Assembly: GCF_009914755.1 (NCBI RefSeq) | Contig: NC_060947.1 | DNA from: the human T2T-CHM13v2.0 reference genome, Homo sapiens | Direction: 5' to 3' (one strand) | Length of the DNA stretch: 64,000 bases | Shown: piece after piece, positions 29,040 to 45,500 of the stretch | How positions within the stretch are numbered: position 1 is the first letter of the stretch | Layout: each line of letters opens with the position of its first letter | Translations under genes and position numbers: made by a program | Notes under the pieces: model-generated | The model's database searches: none | Told to the model about the DNA's origin: nothing | The model's input: the letters and a program-made list of their open reading frames with translations, nothing else

Positions 29040-29110
29040 CTCTTCCGCCCCCGTGAAGTTCCTAGAGCAGCTATTGGACTGTTTGAGTGCCTAGGCGTGG
29101 CTACGAAAAG
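29040..29110 (-). other. EDA2R: Candidate alternative distal first exon of EDA2R (5' boundary unknown)
   Basis: Strong donor GAG|GTAAGC (intron starts at 29039) at the distal edge of the GC-rich promoter. Confidence 0.45.
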
Positions 29111-30139
29111 AAACTGCCTTTGAGAGGAACAATGTGAGGCTGAAGAACAGTGACCCAGCCACTGGTATGGCAGGAGCTGCAAATCTCCTGGGACTGAAGC
29201 GGGGGCCAGAGAGTAGAGGGCCAGGGAGTGGGGTCCAGAGAAAGCATCAAGTTGTCTCTTTCACAGCTGAATGCAGCTCAGCTCATCAAAGTTTATTCAT
29301 GACTTAGCAGGCTTGGAGTTTGACAGGGAAAATTATTGTTGGAAAAGCCAAAATTTTCAGACACATGGAGAAGCCGCTTTCCAGCTCTGCATCTGCCTCA
29401 AAAAAATACTCCTCCATTCAGAAGGGTAGATAGGATTGTGACAGGAGGAAGAGAGCAGACATGAAGCAGGGAAAAGACCACTAAAAATAAAGGAAAATTG
29501 GATTCGGCACTCAGCTTTGATCATCCATCTTCTCTGGGCCCCTGAGTGTCTGTACAAGGAGGGGGTTGAGCTACGTAGTCTCTAAGGGCACTTCAAACAA
29601 TGACACTTTGGGAGTTTATTAATCCATGATCTCAGAGGCAGCGGTGGATAAATCCCGAAACGTTACTAGTCCCTGACCTTGAAGAGTTTGCAGAGCTGGG
29701 AAGATAAAGTAGACCGGACAGAGACAGAGAATTAAGGGCCAAACTATGAGGTGCAGACTGGAAGGGTTTGGGGGCCAGTAGGAAGAAGGAGTAAAAAAGA
29801 GTCTGACAAGGAAAGCAAATGCTTTTCAATAGATTAGGAGCTTTTAAAAGAGGTCAAAGAGGAAATAGCCTAATGGGTAGAGGAAAAGAAAAGCTTGAGC
29901 CAAGGTATGGGGGAGAGGACCAAGAAATGAGCCATTATCAGTCTCTGAGGGACCCCTCCTGTACTGGGCAGAGGCTATATGCCAGCTCAGGGTGGAGTCT
30001 CAGTAAAGCAGCTGAAAAGCCTTTGGTGGGAAAGGGCTGAATAGGCCCTAAGCTGAAGTAGAAAAAGTCCTAAATGAACTTCATATCTGTCCCCTAGCTA
30101 GAGTTAAGACCAGAATAGGCTACTGTGGGCTCAGGCCTA

Positions 30140-31880
30140 GTAGAAGGGAAAACTGCCAGAATTGGAATCCTAGGTCTGCCCCTTACTAGCTTTGTGACCT
30201 AAGGCAAGTTACTTAACCACTCTGTGGCTCAGGATTCTCTTCTGTAAAGTGGGGAAAATAACAATCCCTTACTCATAGGATTGTTTTAGGTATTATATGA
30301 GTTAATATACAAAATAGTGTTCATATGCGTAAGGAGCTTAGAATGATTTCTGGGACGTAGTGGTATAGAAGTGTTTATTAAATATAAATAAATACATGAA
30401 TGCAATTTAGGGACCTCTGAAATCATCTGTGAGATTCAAATGAAAATAGCTACCCTGGGTACCTCCTAATTCTGTTCTGTCCTTTCCTAGAAAACAGGAC
30501 CTCTTCTTTTTCTCCATCCTTTCCTACCCAGAGAAGCTGAATTACAGACAGTTTTGAAACTTTAGTGTAAAGAACCCTAGCTTGGAATTTAGATGTCTTG
30601 ACAAAACTAAGTGTAACATCATGTAAATCTCTTCCTCTCTCTTAGTTTTCCTTTCTGCATCTGTATCCTGAAGAGACTGTTGGACTGGATGACCTTGAAA
30701 CGCTAGAGCCGTGCTTCTCTCATATTAATGTGCACACAAATCACCTAAGGATCTTGTTAAAACACAGATTCTGAGTTAGCAGCTGTGGTGTGGGACTAAG
30801 ACTCTGATTTTCTAACTGCTTCCAGGTGATATTGATGGTGCTGGGCCACAGACCATAGTTTTAGTAGCAAAGGTTTAGAAGGTGGACAAGAATAACATTT
30901 ACTGAGCACCTATAAATCATGCATATGTGTCCCTTTATACCTTACAACCATTCTATGAGGTTGAGGTTACCATCCTCATTTTGTAGATGAAGAGGCTCCT
31001 TGTACTCTGTGATTCTGCCTGGAAGTACAGGAGGAAACTTGAGATAGAGGTACCAGGGATATGTCAGAGTCCACAAGCTATTGTGGAAAGTGATTATAAG
31101 CAGCAAATATGAAACCACTGTCCTCCACCATAACTTGTCCAATAATACTATAACAGTTAGCTGGCCCTCACTAAGCACTTGCCAGGCACTGCTCAAATTT
31201 TTTTCATGAATTAATTCATTTTATCTTCATAATCTATGAAGCCACAATCATTAGAATTATCCTCCCCTCTCCTTTTGCTCACACCTCACATTCAACCCAT
31301 CAGCACATCCTATCAGCTCTGCCTCCTGCCTCAGAGATAAACTCTGAATTTCACCAACTTCTTAGCACCTTCACTGCAACCACTCTGGTGCAAGCCACGA
31401 TTACTTTTCACCTGAATTATTGCCATATCCTCCAATAGCTCTCCTTGCTCTCATGCTTACCCCACTCCAGTCAATTCTCAGCAGAGCAACCAGAATGATC
31501 CTTTTAAAAGTACATCAGTCTAAGTCTGTCCAAGCAATTCTACTGGTTGGCTTCTTATTCAGCAGAAAACCCAAAATCCTTAACTATGGTCTATAATAGT
31601 CTACAATCTATCCCACGCCATCCCATCCTCACTAACCTGCCCCTCTATCTCTGATCTCACCTCTTACCACTCGCCTTGACCACCATACCCAACCCCAACT
31701 GGCGGCCTTGATATTTTTTCCAACACTCAAAGCATGCTCAAGACTCTGGTCTTTGCACTTGCTGCTCCTTCAGCCTAGCCAATTCTTCCCCCAGATATCA
31801 GCATGGCTCCTTTTCTCACTTCCTCCATATCCCTGCTTAAATGTCACTTTATCAAAGTGGACTTTCTTGAATACCCTAGC
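30140..31880. mobile_element. MIR, MER5A (~30705-30880), MIR and L2 (~31260-31880) mosaic upstream of the promoter
   Basis: MIR gtgacctaaggcaagttacttaacc; MER5A aatcacctaaggatcttgttaaaacacagattctg; L2 caagccacgattacttttcacctgaattattg. Confidence 0.65.
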
Positions 31881-34790
31881 TAGTACAAGCTAATGGGATT
31901 GCCTAGGCCTTTTGAAATCCACTGGGTAGGTGAGCTTTTTCTCAACATAGCCCCAGGACCCCCGGTGCAGTGTGGTGGTGAGTAGGGTTAAGGCTCTCAA
32001 CTCTGCTCTCTGTGGGGGAGCCACTCTAGCTCCATGTGCTTGTGCAGCAGAACTAAGTTTGGATCAGCTAATTTCTTGGGGGCTTTCCACAGCCCCTCCT
32101 TTTATGATAAACAGGAGTCACTTTGTGAACCCAAACTGAGAACTATCAGTACAGAGTTTCTCTACCTACATTCTACTGCTGGAACCAGCCTAACCTGACA
32201 GCAGGATAGGCAGGACCAGCCTCCACTCTGCTTATCTCTGGGACCAGACAGATTCTGGGGCTCAGTGAGATTCAGGGCTCTCTGATGCCACCCCTCAGCT
32301 CTCTCTCAGAGGTTACTTAGGGTCACTCAGGGGAATACTGGCCTTGGCTGTGTCTCAGAGAATCCTGGGTAGCCTCTAATTCTAGTGTCCAACAATGGCA
32401 GGACCACCTTTCATGAAGGAGCTTCATGGTTATCCAGGCAGAATGGGGCCCTTATAGCTCCTCTCAAGACTGGGACCAGGGGGCAGGAAAAGAAGCTGAA
32501 AGACTAAGGGGATGCTGAGGCCTGTGGGGCAACCCCTGTAAACTCAAACATTGCTAAGGATGTCCCTGAACACAATATCAGCTTCTTGTTCTCTTTAGCC
32601 TGTGAGATGTGTGTAGATAAACTTGGCCATAAATGTTTGCTGCAGTGGTGTATACAGGCTTAGGTCTTCTGAATTAGAAAGCTGGGGTATAAGAGTTACT
32701 TCTAGCCATGGGAATTTTCAAACTTCAGCTAGATTCTAGCACAGTCCAATAGTGTTATCTCTCATTTTAAATAATCTTCTATTCCACTTGCCCAAGATGG
32801 CTTTTAAAACTCACTCTTCTTAAGTCAAGTGCTCAACACAGCTCCCAAACCCCTAGCAGATGACTTCACCTCCAGTTTCACCGAGAATGTAAAAGGGCAC
32901 GAAACTTGAAGTCTAAACAACTTCTGACATCTCCACATTCAAGTTCATCCTGTTTCTTACCTCAGAGTTTCCTCCTGTCCCTCCTGTCTCCATCTGTGTT
33001 TACTCCTGTCTATTCCATTTTGCTTTATTTGTATCTTCATGGTCTTTCTTCCTCTGGCTCTTTCTCCTAAATTGTCTTTCCATTCTGAACTAAGATTAAT
33101 TCTTTTCATATCCTCACCTCCACCTCTTCATTTCCAAACTCACTACATTTTGCTCTTCTCAAGGTCACCCATGATTTTCATACTATCAAACCCATGGATT
33201 CTTCTGTTTTCTTATTTGAATTATCTAAAACATCCAACATTGTCTGGATTCTTTTCTTTCTGACTCTCTTCCCTTGACTTTCATGGAACTAATGTCTTCT
33301 AGTTTCACTTATTTCTCTACAGCATTTTATGGATTCTCATTCTCCACTTGCCCCTCAAGTGCAGGGATTTTACAGAGTTCCTCCCACCCTCCATTGTCCC
33401 TCTGGCCTGATTCTAACTTCTCTCACTGGAGTGTGAACCTATGTGGCAGGGACCTTATATACCATTTCACAAATTTCCACATGCAAAACTGTACCTAGAG
33501 TATTTTAAGCGCTCAATACATTTTTACATATTATATATATCAATATATCTGTTGAATAAGCCCAAGGAGAAAAATGTTCACATTTGAATGTATCCTTCTA
33601 TAATGAGCTCCCAGGCCTCAGGTGTGCCACAATAAAAATAAGATGGCTAAAAAGGAATTGAAACCCACACCCAAAATAATAATAATAGCCAACACTTGAT
33701 CAATGCTTGATGAACTCTATATGTCAGGCCCTATGCCAAATGTTCTGTATGCAATAGCTCATTTAATCATCACAATAATCCTATGAGGCAAAAACCATGA
33801 CATCACTCCTATTTTATAGATGACAAAATTGAGGCACAGAAACGATAGGTGACTTATCTATGCCATCTATCAGTGCCACAACCAATAAGTGGCAATTGAC
33901 CCAGGATTCTCAAGAATAGCTGATGCCTTAATTATTCACTGTCACACTCAAATGTACAATCCTTGCTTTCCCTTCCAATCAGAGGCTCCTTCCATCCTCT
34001 CTGAAGAGCTATTCTAAACCTCTACCTTTAGAAGTAAAGGTTAAGTTCCTACTTTAGCACTGAATTCTTAGCCCAGAAACATTGACTCTTTTCTTCTTCA
34101 TCAATAAAACAGATTCTATTAGGCATTTAGTGCCTATAACTTCTTCCCTAATTCCTATAAGGTTCTCTCTGTCTTCATTCATCTTGGCCTTTCCTCTTGA
34201 AGAAGAGGAGAGAATGCCTCCCCTGATATTTATGAATCTTTCTCCATCAATTACCCCCACTCTCTATGGCATCATTATTTACCTGTCTTCTGTGCCTACC
34301 CCTTTAACTCGTAAACATATTTGAATTCCTCCCACTACAAAATAAAATCAACCCTTCTACCACATTTCCTCTTTCTCAAACAACAGCCTCGTCTCATTTT
34401 TTTTCTTAGCCAAATTTCTGGATAGAGTTTTCTCTAATAACTGTTTCCATGACTTTAATTTCCATTAGCTCCCCAACCTACTATAATCTGGCTTCTAGCC
34501 CCATTTGTTCTCCCTAAAGCTACAGGGGACCACTTAACTGCCAAATTTTAGGAAACATTTTCTCTCATCTTTTTTTTTCTTTTTTTTATTATACTTTAAG
34601 TTTCAGGGTACATGTGCACAACATGCAGGTTTGTTACATATGTATACATGTGCCATGTTGGTGTGCTGCACCCATTAACTCATCATTTACATTAGGTGTA
34701 TCTCCTAATGCTATCCCTCCCTCCTTCCCCCACCCCACAACAGGCCCCGGGTGTGATGTTCCCCTTCCCGTGTCCAAGTGTTCTCATTGT

Positions 34791-38614
<3,824 letters not shown>

Positions 38615-38677
38615 TATGATGTTAGCTGGTTATTTTGCTCGTTAGTTGATGCAGTTTCTTCCTTGCCTCAATGGTCT

Positions 38678-39685
38678 TTACAATTTGGTGTGTTTTTGCA
38701 GTGGCTGGTACCAGTTGTTCCTTTCCATGTTTAGTGCTTCCTTCAGGAGCTCTTTTAGGGCAGGCCTGGTGGTGACAAAATCTCTTAGCATTTGGTTGTC
38801 TGTAAAGGATTTTATTTCTCCTTCACTTATGAAGCATAGTTTGGCTGGATATGAAATTCTGGATTGAAAATTTTTTTCTTTAAGAATGTTGAATATTGGC
38901 CCCCACTGTCTTCTGGCTTATAGAGTTTCTGCTGAGAGATCAGCTGTTAGCCTGATGGGCTTCCCCTTGTGGGTAACCCAACCTTTCTCTCTGGCTGCCC
39001 TTAAAATTTTTTCCTTCATTTCAACTGTGGTGAATCTGACAATTATGTGTCTTGGAGTTGCTCTTCTCGAGGAGTATCTTTGTGGCATTCTCTGTATTTC
39101 CTGAATTTGAATGTTGGCCTGCCTTGCTAGATTGGGGAAGTTCTCCTGGATAATATCCTGCAGAGTGTTTTCCAACTTGGTTCCATTCTCCCCATCACTT
39201 TCAGGTACACCAATCAGATGTAGATTTGGTCTTTTCACATAGTCCCATATTTCTTGGAGGCTTTGTTCATTTCCTTTTTCTCTAAACTTCTCTTCTCACT
39301 TTATTTCATTCATTTGATCTTCCATCACTGATACCCTTTCTTCCAGTTTATCGAATTGGCTACTGAGGCTTGTGCATTCATCATGTAGTTCTTGTGCCAT
39401 TGTTTTAAGCTCCATCAGGTCCTTTAAGGACTTCTCTGCATTGGTTATTGTAGTTAGCCATTTGCCTAATCTTTTTTCAAGGTTTTTAACTTCTTTGCGA
39501 TGGGGTTGACCTTCCTCCTTTAGCTCGGAGAAGTTTCATCCTCTGAAGCCTTCTTCTCTCAACTTGTCAAAGTCATTCTCCATCCAGCTTTGTTCCGTTG
39601 CTGGTGAGGAGCTGCTTTCCTTTGTAGGAGGAGAGGGGCTCTGATTTTTAGAATTTTCAGCTTTTCTGCTCTGTTTTTTCCCCAT
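38678..39685 (-). pseudogene. Disrupted L1 ORF1
   Basis: MGKKQSRKAENSKNQ start and RPNLHLIGVPESDGENGTKLENTLQDIIQENFPNLARQ. Confidence 0.93.
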
Positions 39686-40334
39686 CTTTGTGGTTTTATC
39701 TACCTTTGGTCTTTGATGATGGTAACGCACAGATGGGGTTTTGGTGTGGATGTCCTTTCTGTTTGTTAGTTTTCCTTCTAACAAACAGTCAGGACCCTCA
39801 GCTGCAAGTCTGTGGAGTTTGCCAGAGGTCCACTCCAGACCCTGTTTTCCTGGGAATCAGCAGCAGAGGCTGCGGAACAGCAGATATTGGTGAACAGCAA
39901 ATGTTGCTGCCTGATCGTTCCTCTGGAAGTTTTGTCTCAGAGTGGTACCTGTCCGTGTGGGGTGTCAGTCTGCCCCTACTGGGGGGTGCCTCCCAGTTAG
40001 GCTAATTGGGGGTCAGGGACCCACTTCAGGAGGCAGTCTGTCCATTCTCAGATCTCAAGCTGCGTTCTGGGAGAACAACTAGTGTCTTCGAATCTCAGTT
40101 GGAAATGCAGAAATCATCCATCTTCTTTGTCGCTCATGCCGGGAGCTGTAGACTGGAGCTGTTCCTATTCGGCCATGTTGGAACTGCCCGACTTGCTTTT
40201 TTCACTCGTCTTCTTACTTGATTTATCCACAGCTTTTTCCAGTAGTGGTCACTCTTTTCTTGGAAAACACTATTTCTAATGTTGAAAAAAGAATCCTGTC
40301 CCCTAGCTTCCTTCTATTTTTCTTTTTCTTTTCA

Positions 40335-40413
40335 TTTATTTATTTTTTTATTTTTAAAATTAATATTTTTCCATAAGTTATTGGGGTACAGGTGGTATTT
40401 GGTTACATGAGTA
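40335..40413 (-). mobile_element. Tiny 5'-truncated L1PB/MA 3' tip
   Basis: ttccataagttattggggtacaggtggtatttggttacatgagta is the reverse complement of the terminus type seen near 21060-21100. Confidence 0.75.
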
Positions 40414-40961
40414 CTTTCCTTATCATTACTTCCCCTTATTGTCTGCTCTCACCTTACTCAAATCACTTCAAATGTAGTTCTGACTCAGACAAGTAGCCAA
40501 ACCCTCTATGCCTACTCTATACCTTAGCAGGCCTATGCTCAGAAGCTCAGCACACACTGACCAGAAGGCTCTGCAATAATGACTATTCTACACATGTATT
40601 TGTTAATAATATTACTTTAAAGTAATGTGGGATATAACCCTTTAAAGTCCTGTATACATGTACCTCATTCAATCTTTATAATCACAGGAAAGTGGAATTA
40701 CTCTTATTGTAGCAATTTACTAATTGGAAAGGGCAGAATTGCTGTCTGTTGGATGTGCACTATATACAGGCACTATACTAGGTAATTTATGTAAGTTATT
40801 TCACTAACCCTTCCAGAGCAGCTCCATAATTAGCTCCATTTTTAAAAGTGAAACAAGTAAACATATAAAACATTAAGTGGGAGTGACAGCAGCAACATTG
40901 TTGGATAGAACTTTTCAGCACTCATCCTCTTGTAGAAACATCAGTTTGAAAAACAATCCAT

Positions 40962-41210
40962 AGCCTGAGCAACAAAGCGAGACCCCAATCTCTACAAAAA
41001 AAAAAAAAGTAATTAGCCTATTGTCATGGTATGAGCCTGTGGTATCAGCTACTTGAAAGGCTGAGGTGGGAGGATTGCTTGAGCCCAGGAGTTTAAAGCT
41101 GCAGTGAGCTATAGATGATGCCACTGCATTCCAACCTGGGTGATCAGAGCAAAACTCTCTTAAAAACCAAAACAAACAAGCAACACAAACAATGACAATT
41201 ACAAAAAATA
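40962..41210 (+). mobile_element. 5'-truncated AluJ
   Basis: End of the left arm plus the right arm, flanked by aaacaatccat / aaactatccat TSD-like repeats. Confidence 0.85.
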
Positions 41211-42294
41211 AAACTATCCATGAACAAAAATATGTTCACAAGAGTAAAGGAATCCAGGCGAGAGATTATAGCACCTGGACATAGCACAGAAATAAGAAAA
41301 GACACATCAAAGAGGGAAGGAAAGAAAGTTTTATGTTATCCATATTATCCCTCCCCCATGTCTCGGCAAAAACCATGACATTGCTCCTATTTTATACATG
41401 AGAAAATTGAGGCACATAAATGATAGGTAAATTATCCATACTAATATATCTGGCCTAGTTACCAGGCTCACCACAGCTATAGGCCAGTCCCTATATATTG
41501 AGGTTCCAGGCCCCTCCCATACTCTGGAGAAGCCCCAGCACCAGGCTAGTCCCCACAGCATTAGACTCCATGCTGGCATCCACAGACCCAGCCTCCAGGC
41601 CTGCTAGAGTGTCAGAACAAAACTGACAGACCCCACCTCCAGTTTGGCTTACATGGCACTAGGCATGAGGCCAGCATGCACACACCAAGGCTCTATGCTA
41701 GTATTCATGGCCCCACACTCCAGTGGACCCCGAGACCAGACCTGCTTCAGTAGGCCCCAGCACCAGGCCAGCCTATGGCCTTAGGCTGCAGAATTACCCC
41801 CCACAGCCCCAGGATCCAGGCTTAGCCCACAGACTCATCCTTCAGGCCCAGACACATACTAGGCTTGCTCCCACAGATCCAGCATCCAGGCCAACCCCTA
41901 TAGACCTAGCTTCCAGGCCACCAACTGCAGACTTAGAATCTAGTATGCCACCTGCAGACCCAGGATAGAGGCCTGCTACAGTGAACCCAGGCTCCAGGCC
42001 CTTTGCTGTGGATAAATGATAACAGGAAAACAATACTTCAAAAAAATGAAACATTTGACAAAGAGATAGAAAGCATAAAAGGGAACCAAATAGAAATTCT
42101 GGAGCACAATGACTGAACTAAAAATTTCTAGAGAAAGCTGGAAATAACAGGCTCAATAACACAGAAAAATAAAGCAGTGACCACAAGACAGATTATTTGA
42201 AATTGCCCACTCAAAAGCAACAGTAACAAAAATAAAAGAAAAAGGTGATGAAAGCATGTGGGACTTATGGGATACCATCAAGGAAACCAGTATG

Positions 42295-42531
42295 CAGTTA
42301 GCACTCCATATATGCAAGTTCAGCATCCAGATTATCAACTAACCACAGATCAAAAATATGTTTTAAAACCCAATAACAATAAAATAATACAAATTTTAAA
42401 ATACAGTATAACAGGTATTTACATAGAATTTACATAATATTACATATTATGCTTACATCTAGAGATGATTTAAAGTATACATGAATAGATATGTGAAGGT
42501 TATATGCAAATAGTACACAATTTTATGTAAG
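42295..42531 (-). mobile_element. MER2-type TcMar-Tigger MITE, partial
   Basis: tctagagatgatttaaagtatac...ggttatatgcaaatagtac. Confidence 0.7.
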
Positions 42532-45500
42532 ATGTATATTCTAAGTCTCATGGTAACTACATAAAAAGCGAATATTAGATACACAGATGATAAAGAGAAA
42601 ACAAAACATACTGGTAAAAGTCATCAAATCACAAAGACAGACAGCAAGAGAGGAACAGATGAACAAAAGAATTACAAAAGAGACAGAAAACACAATGGCA
42701 GTGGTAAGTTCTTAGTATCAAAAATTACTTAAAATGAAAATAGATTCAATTTTCCAATAAAAAGGAATAAAGTGACTAAATAGAAAAACAAGATCCAACT
42801 TATGTTTTCTACAAGAGTCACAGTTCAGCTTGAAGGATGCAGATAGGCTGAAAGTGACAGTATGGAAAAACATACTTCATACAATGGGTAATCACAAAGA
42901 GCAGGGATATGTCTACTAATATCAAACAAAATAGAGATTTTAACTCCAAACTGTGACAAAAGACAAAAAAGCATTATATAATGATAAAGGGGACAATTCA
43001 TCAAGAAGGCATAGCAATTAATTGTAAATACATATGCAACCAGCATGACAGCAACTAAATATATAAAGCAAATATTAACAGAGCTGAAGGAAGACTATTT
43101 TGCATTTCTGCAAAAATGCAAATGCAAAAATAGTAGCAAATGCAAAATACAGTAGAGAACTTCAAAACCACATGTTCAACAATGGATAGATCATCTGGAC
43201 AGAAAATCAATAAGAAAACAGTGGATTTGAACAACTGGCTCAACACACATGTACAGAACATTCCATCCAACAGCAGCAGAATACACATTCTATTCAGCAC
43301 ACACAGAACACTCTCCAGAATAGACCATATGTCCAGCCACAAACAATTCTTAATAAAACATTTAAGAAGATTAAATCACATCAAGTATTTTTTTTTCTGA
43401 ACACAATGGAATAAGACTAAATAAACATCAACAAGATGAAAATGAGAAAATTCACTAATAAGTTGAAATTAAACCACTAACTTCTGAACAATTAGTGGGT
43501 CCAAAAAAGGAAAATAAAAGTCTTAAGAAAAATGAAAATGGAAACAAAACATAACAAAACATTTATGCAGCAGAAAAGTAATTTTAAGAAGGGCATTTAT
43601 AGCAATGTAAGCCAACAATAGGGAATAAGAAAGATCTCAAATAATCAACCTAACCTGAGACTTCAAGGAACTAGAGAAAGAAGAAAAAATGAAGCTCAAC
43701 TTCAGCAGAATAAAGAAAATAACACAGAACACAGCAGAAATAAATAAGATAGATACAAGGAAAAGCAATAGAAAAGATTAATGTAACTAAGAGTTGCTTT
43801 TTTGAAAAAGATAAACTAAATTGACAAACCTTTAGCTAGATTGAGATAAGAGAGAATAAACAAGCAAAATTACAAATTAAAGACACGACATTAAAACTAA
43901 CGCCATGGACATAAAAATGGCCATAAAAGATTACTATGAAAAACTATATGCCAAGAAACTGGATAAACTTGAAAAAAATGGTTAAATTCCTACAAACATA
44001 CAGCCTATCAAGACTAAACCATTGAGAAATATGAAATCTGAACAAATCAAAAATGGATAAAAATATCGAATTAGTAATCCAAAACCTCCCAAGAATGAAA
44101 AGCTCAGAACTTGATAGCTTCACTGGTTAACTCCATCAAACATTTAAAGAAGAATTAAGGTCAATCCTTCTCAAATTCTTCCAAAAAATAAAATAGGAGG
44201 GGAGACTAGCAAACTCATTTTACAAGGTAGGCATCAACCTCATTCCAAAGCCAGACAAACACTCATATATATAAACCAAATATTATTATAGCTAAAGAGA
44301 GAGATAACCATAATGCAATGAAAGCTGAGACTTCAACACTCCACTTTCAGCACTGGACAGTTCTTCCAGACAGAATATCAAAAAAGAAACATGGGACTTA
44401 ATCTGCACCATTGACCAAATGGACCTAAGAGATATTTACAGATCATTTTATCAAACACCTGCAGAATATACTTTTTTTCCCTTAGCACATGGATCATTCT
44501 CAAATATAGACCATCTGTTAGGCCACAAAACAAGTCTTAAAATATACAAAAACATTGAAAAAATATTAAGCATATTCTCTGACCATAATGGAAAAAATGT
44601 GGGATTTGTAACAAGATAGATTTTGGAAATTATATGAATAAATGGGAATTAACAAGTTCCTGAATGACCCATGTGCCAATGAAGAAATTAAGAAGAAATT
44701 TGAATAATTTCTTAAAAAAATGATAATGGAAATATGACATACCTATGGAATACAACAAACTGAGTAATAAAATAGAAGTTTATGATTATAAATGCCTGCA
44801 CTAAAAAAGAAAGAAAACTTCAAATAAATAAACTTAAAGATGCATCTTTAAAAAATTAAAATAGCAAAAGCACATAAAGCCAAAAATTAGTAGAAGAAAA
44901 TAAGTACTAAAAATCAGAGAATTAATAAATGAAATTGGACTCAAGAAGACAATAAAAAAGATTAATGAAATAAGAAGTGGTTTTTCTAAAAAAAAATTAA
45001 ACAAAATTGACAAACTTTAGCCAGACTAAATAAAAAGAAAGAGAGAGAGCATTTCCAGCTAAATGAAATTAGAGATGAAAAAGGAGACATTACAACTGAC
45101 ACCACAGAAATTCAAAGGATTATTAGTGGCTTTTATGAGCAACTGTATGCCAATAAATTAGAAAATCTGGACAAATTTTTAGACACATGCCAGCTATCAA
45201 GATTGAACCATGAAGATATCCAAAACCAGGATAGACCAACAATAAGTAACAAGATTGAAGATGTAATAAAAAGTCTTCTTGGAAGGAAATAATACCAAAC
45301 CTAGTGAACTTATTCTGAAAACTAGAAGAGGTAAGAATGCTTCCACATTTATTCTATGAGGCCAGTATTAGCCTGATGCCAAAAACAGACAATGACATAT
45401 CAAAAAAGAAAACCACAGGCCACTATCACTGATGCATATTGATGGAAAAACCCTCAACCAAATATTAGCAAACTGAATTCAATAGCACATTACAAAGTTC

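Larger units (their letters stand above)
28500..29230 (-). promoter_or_regulatory. EDA2R promoter region, GC/CpG-enriched, no obvious TATA box
   Basis: Local CpG enrichment against a CpG-depleted background, several CCCCGCCCC Sp/KLF boxes at 28833-28927, and an E-box CACGTG at 28993-28998. Confidence 0.8.
40880..44260 (+). mobile_element. Old L1M host element (5'UTR, partial ORF1, ORF2 N-terminal half); appears to resume at ~52420-52598
   Basis: L1M-type 5' end, repeat-containing UTR and endonuclease motifs (RIHILFSTHRTLSRIDHM). Confidence 0.75.

Noticed and set aside
41480-42002. CRISPR-like repeat array
   Set aside because: Mammalian DNA, degenerate units without unique spacers, no cas genes.
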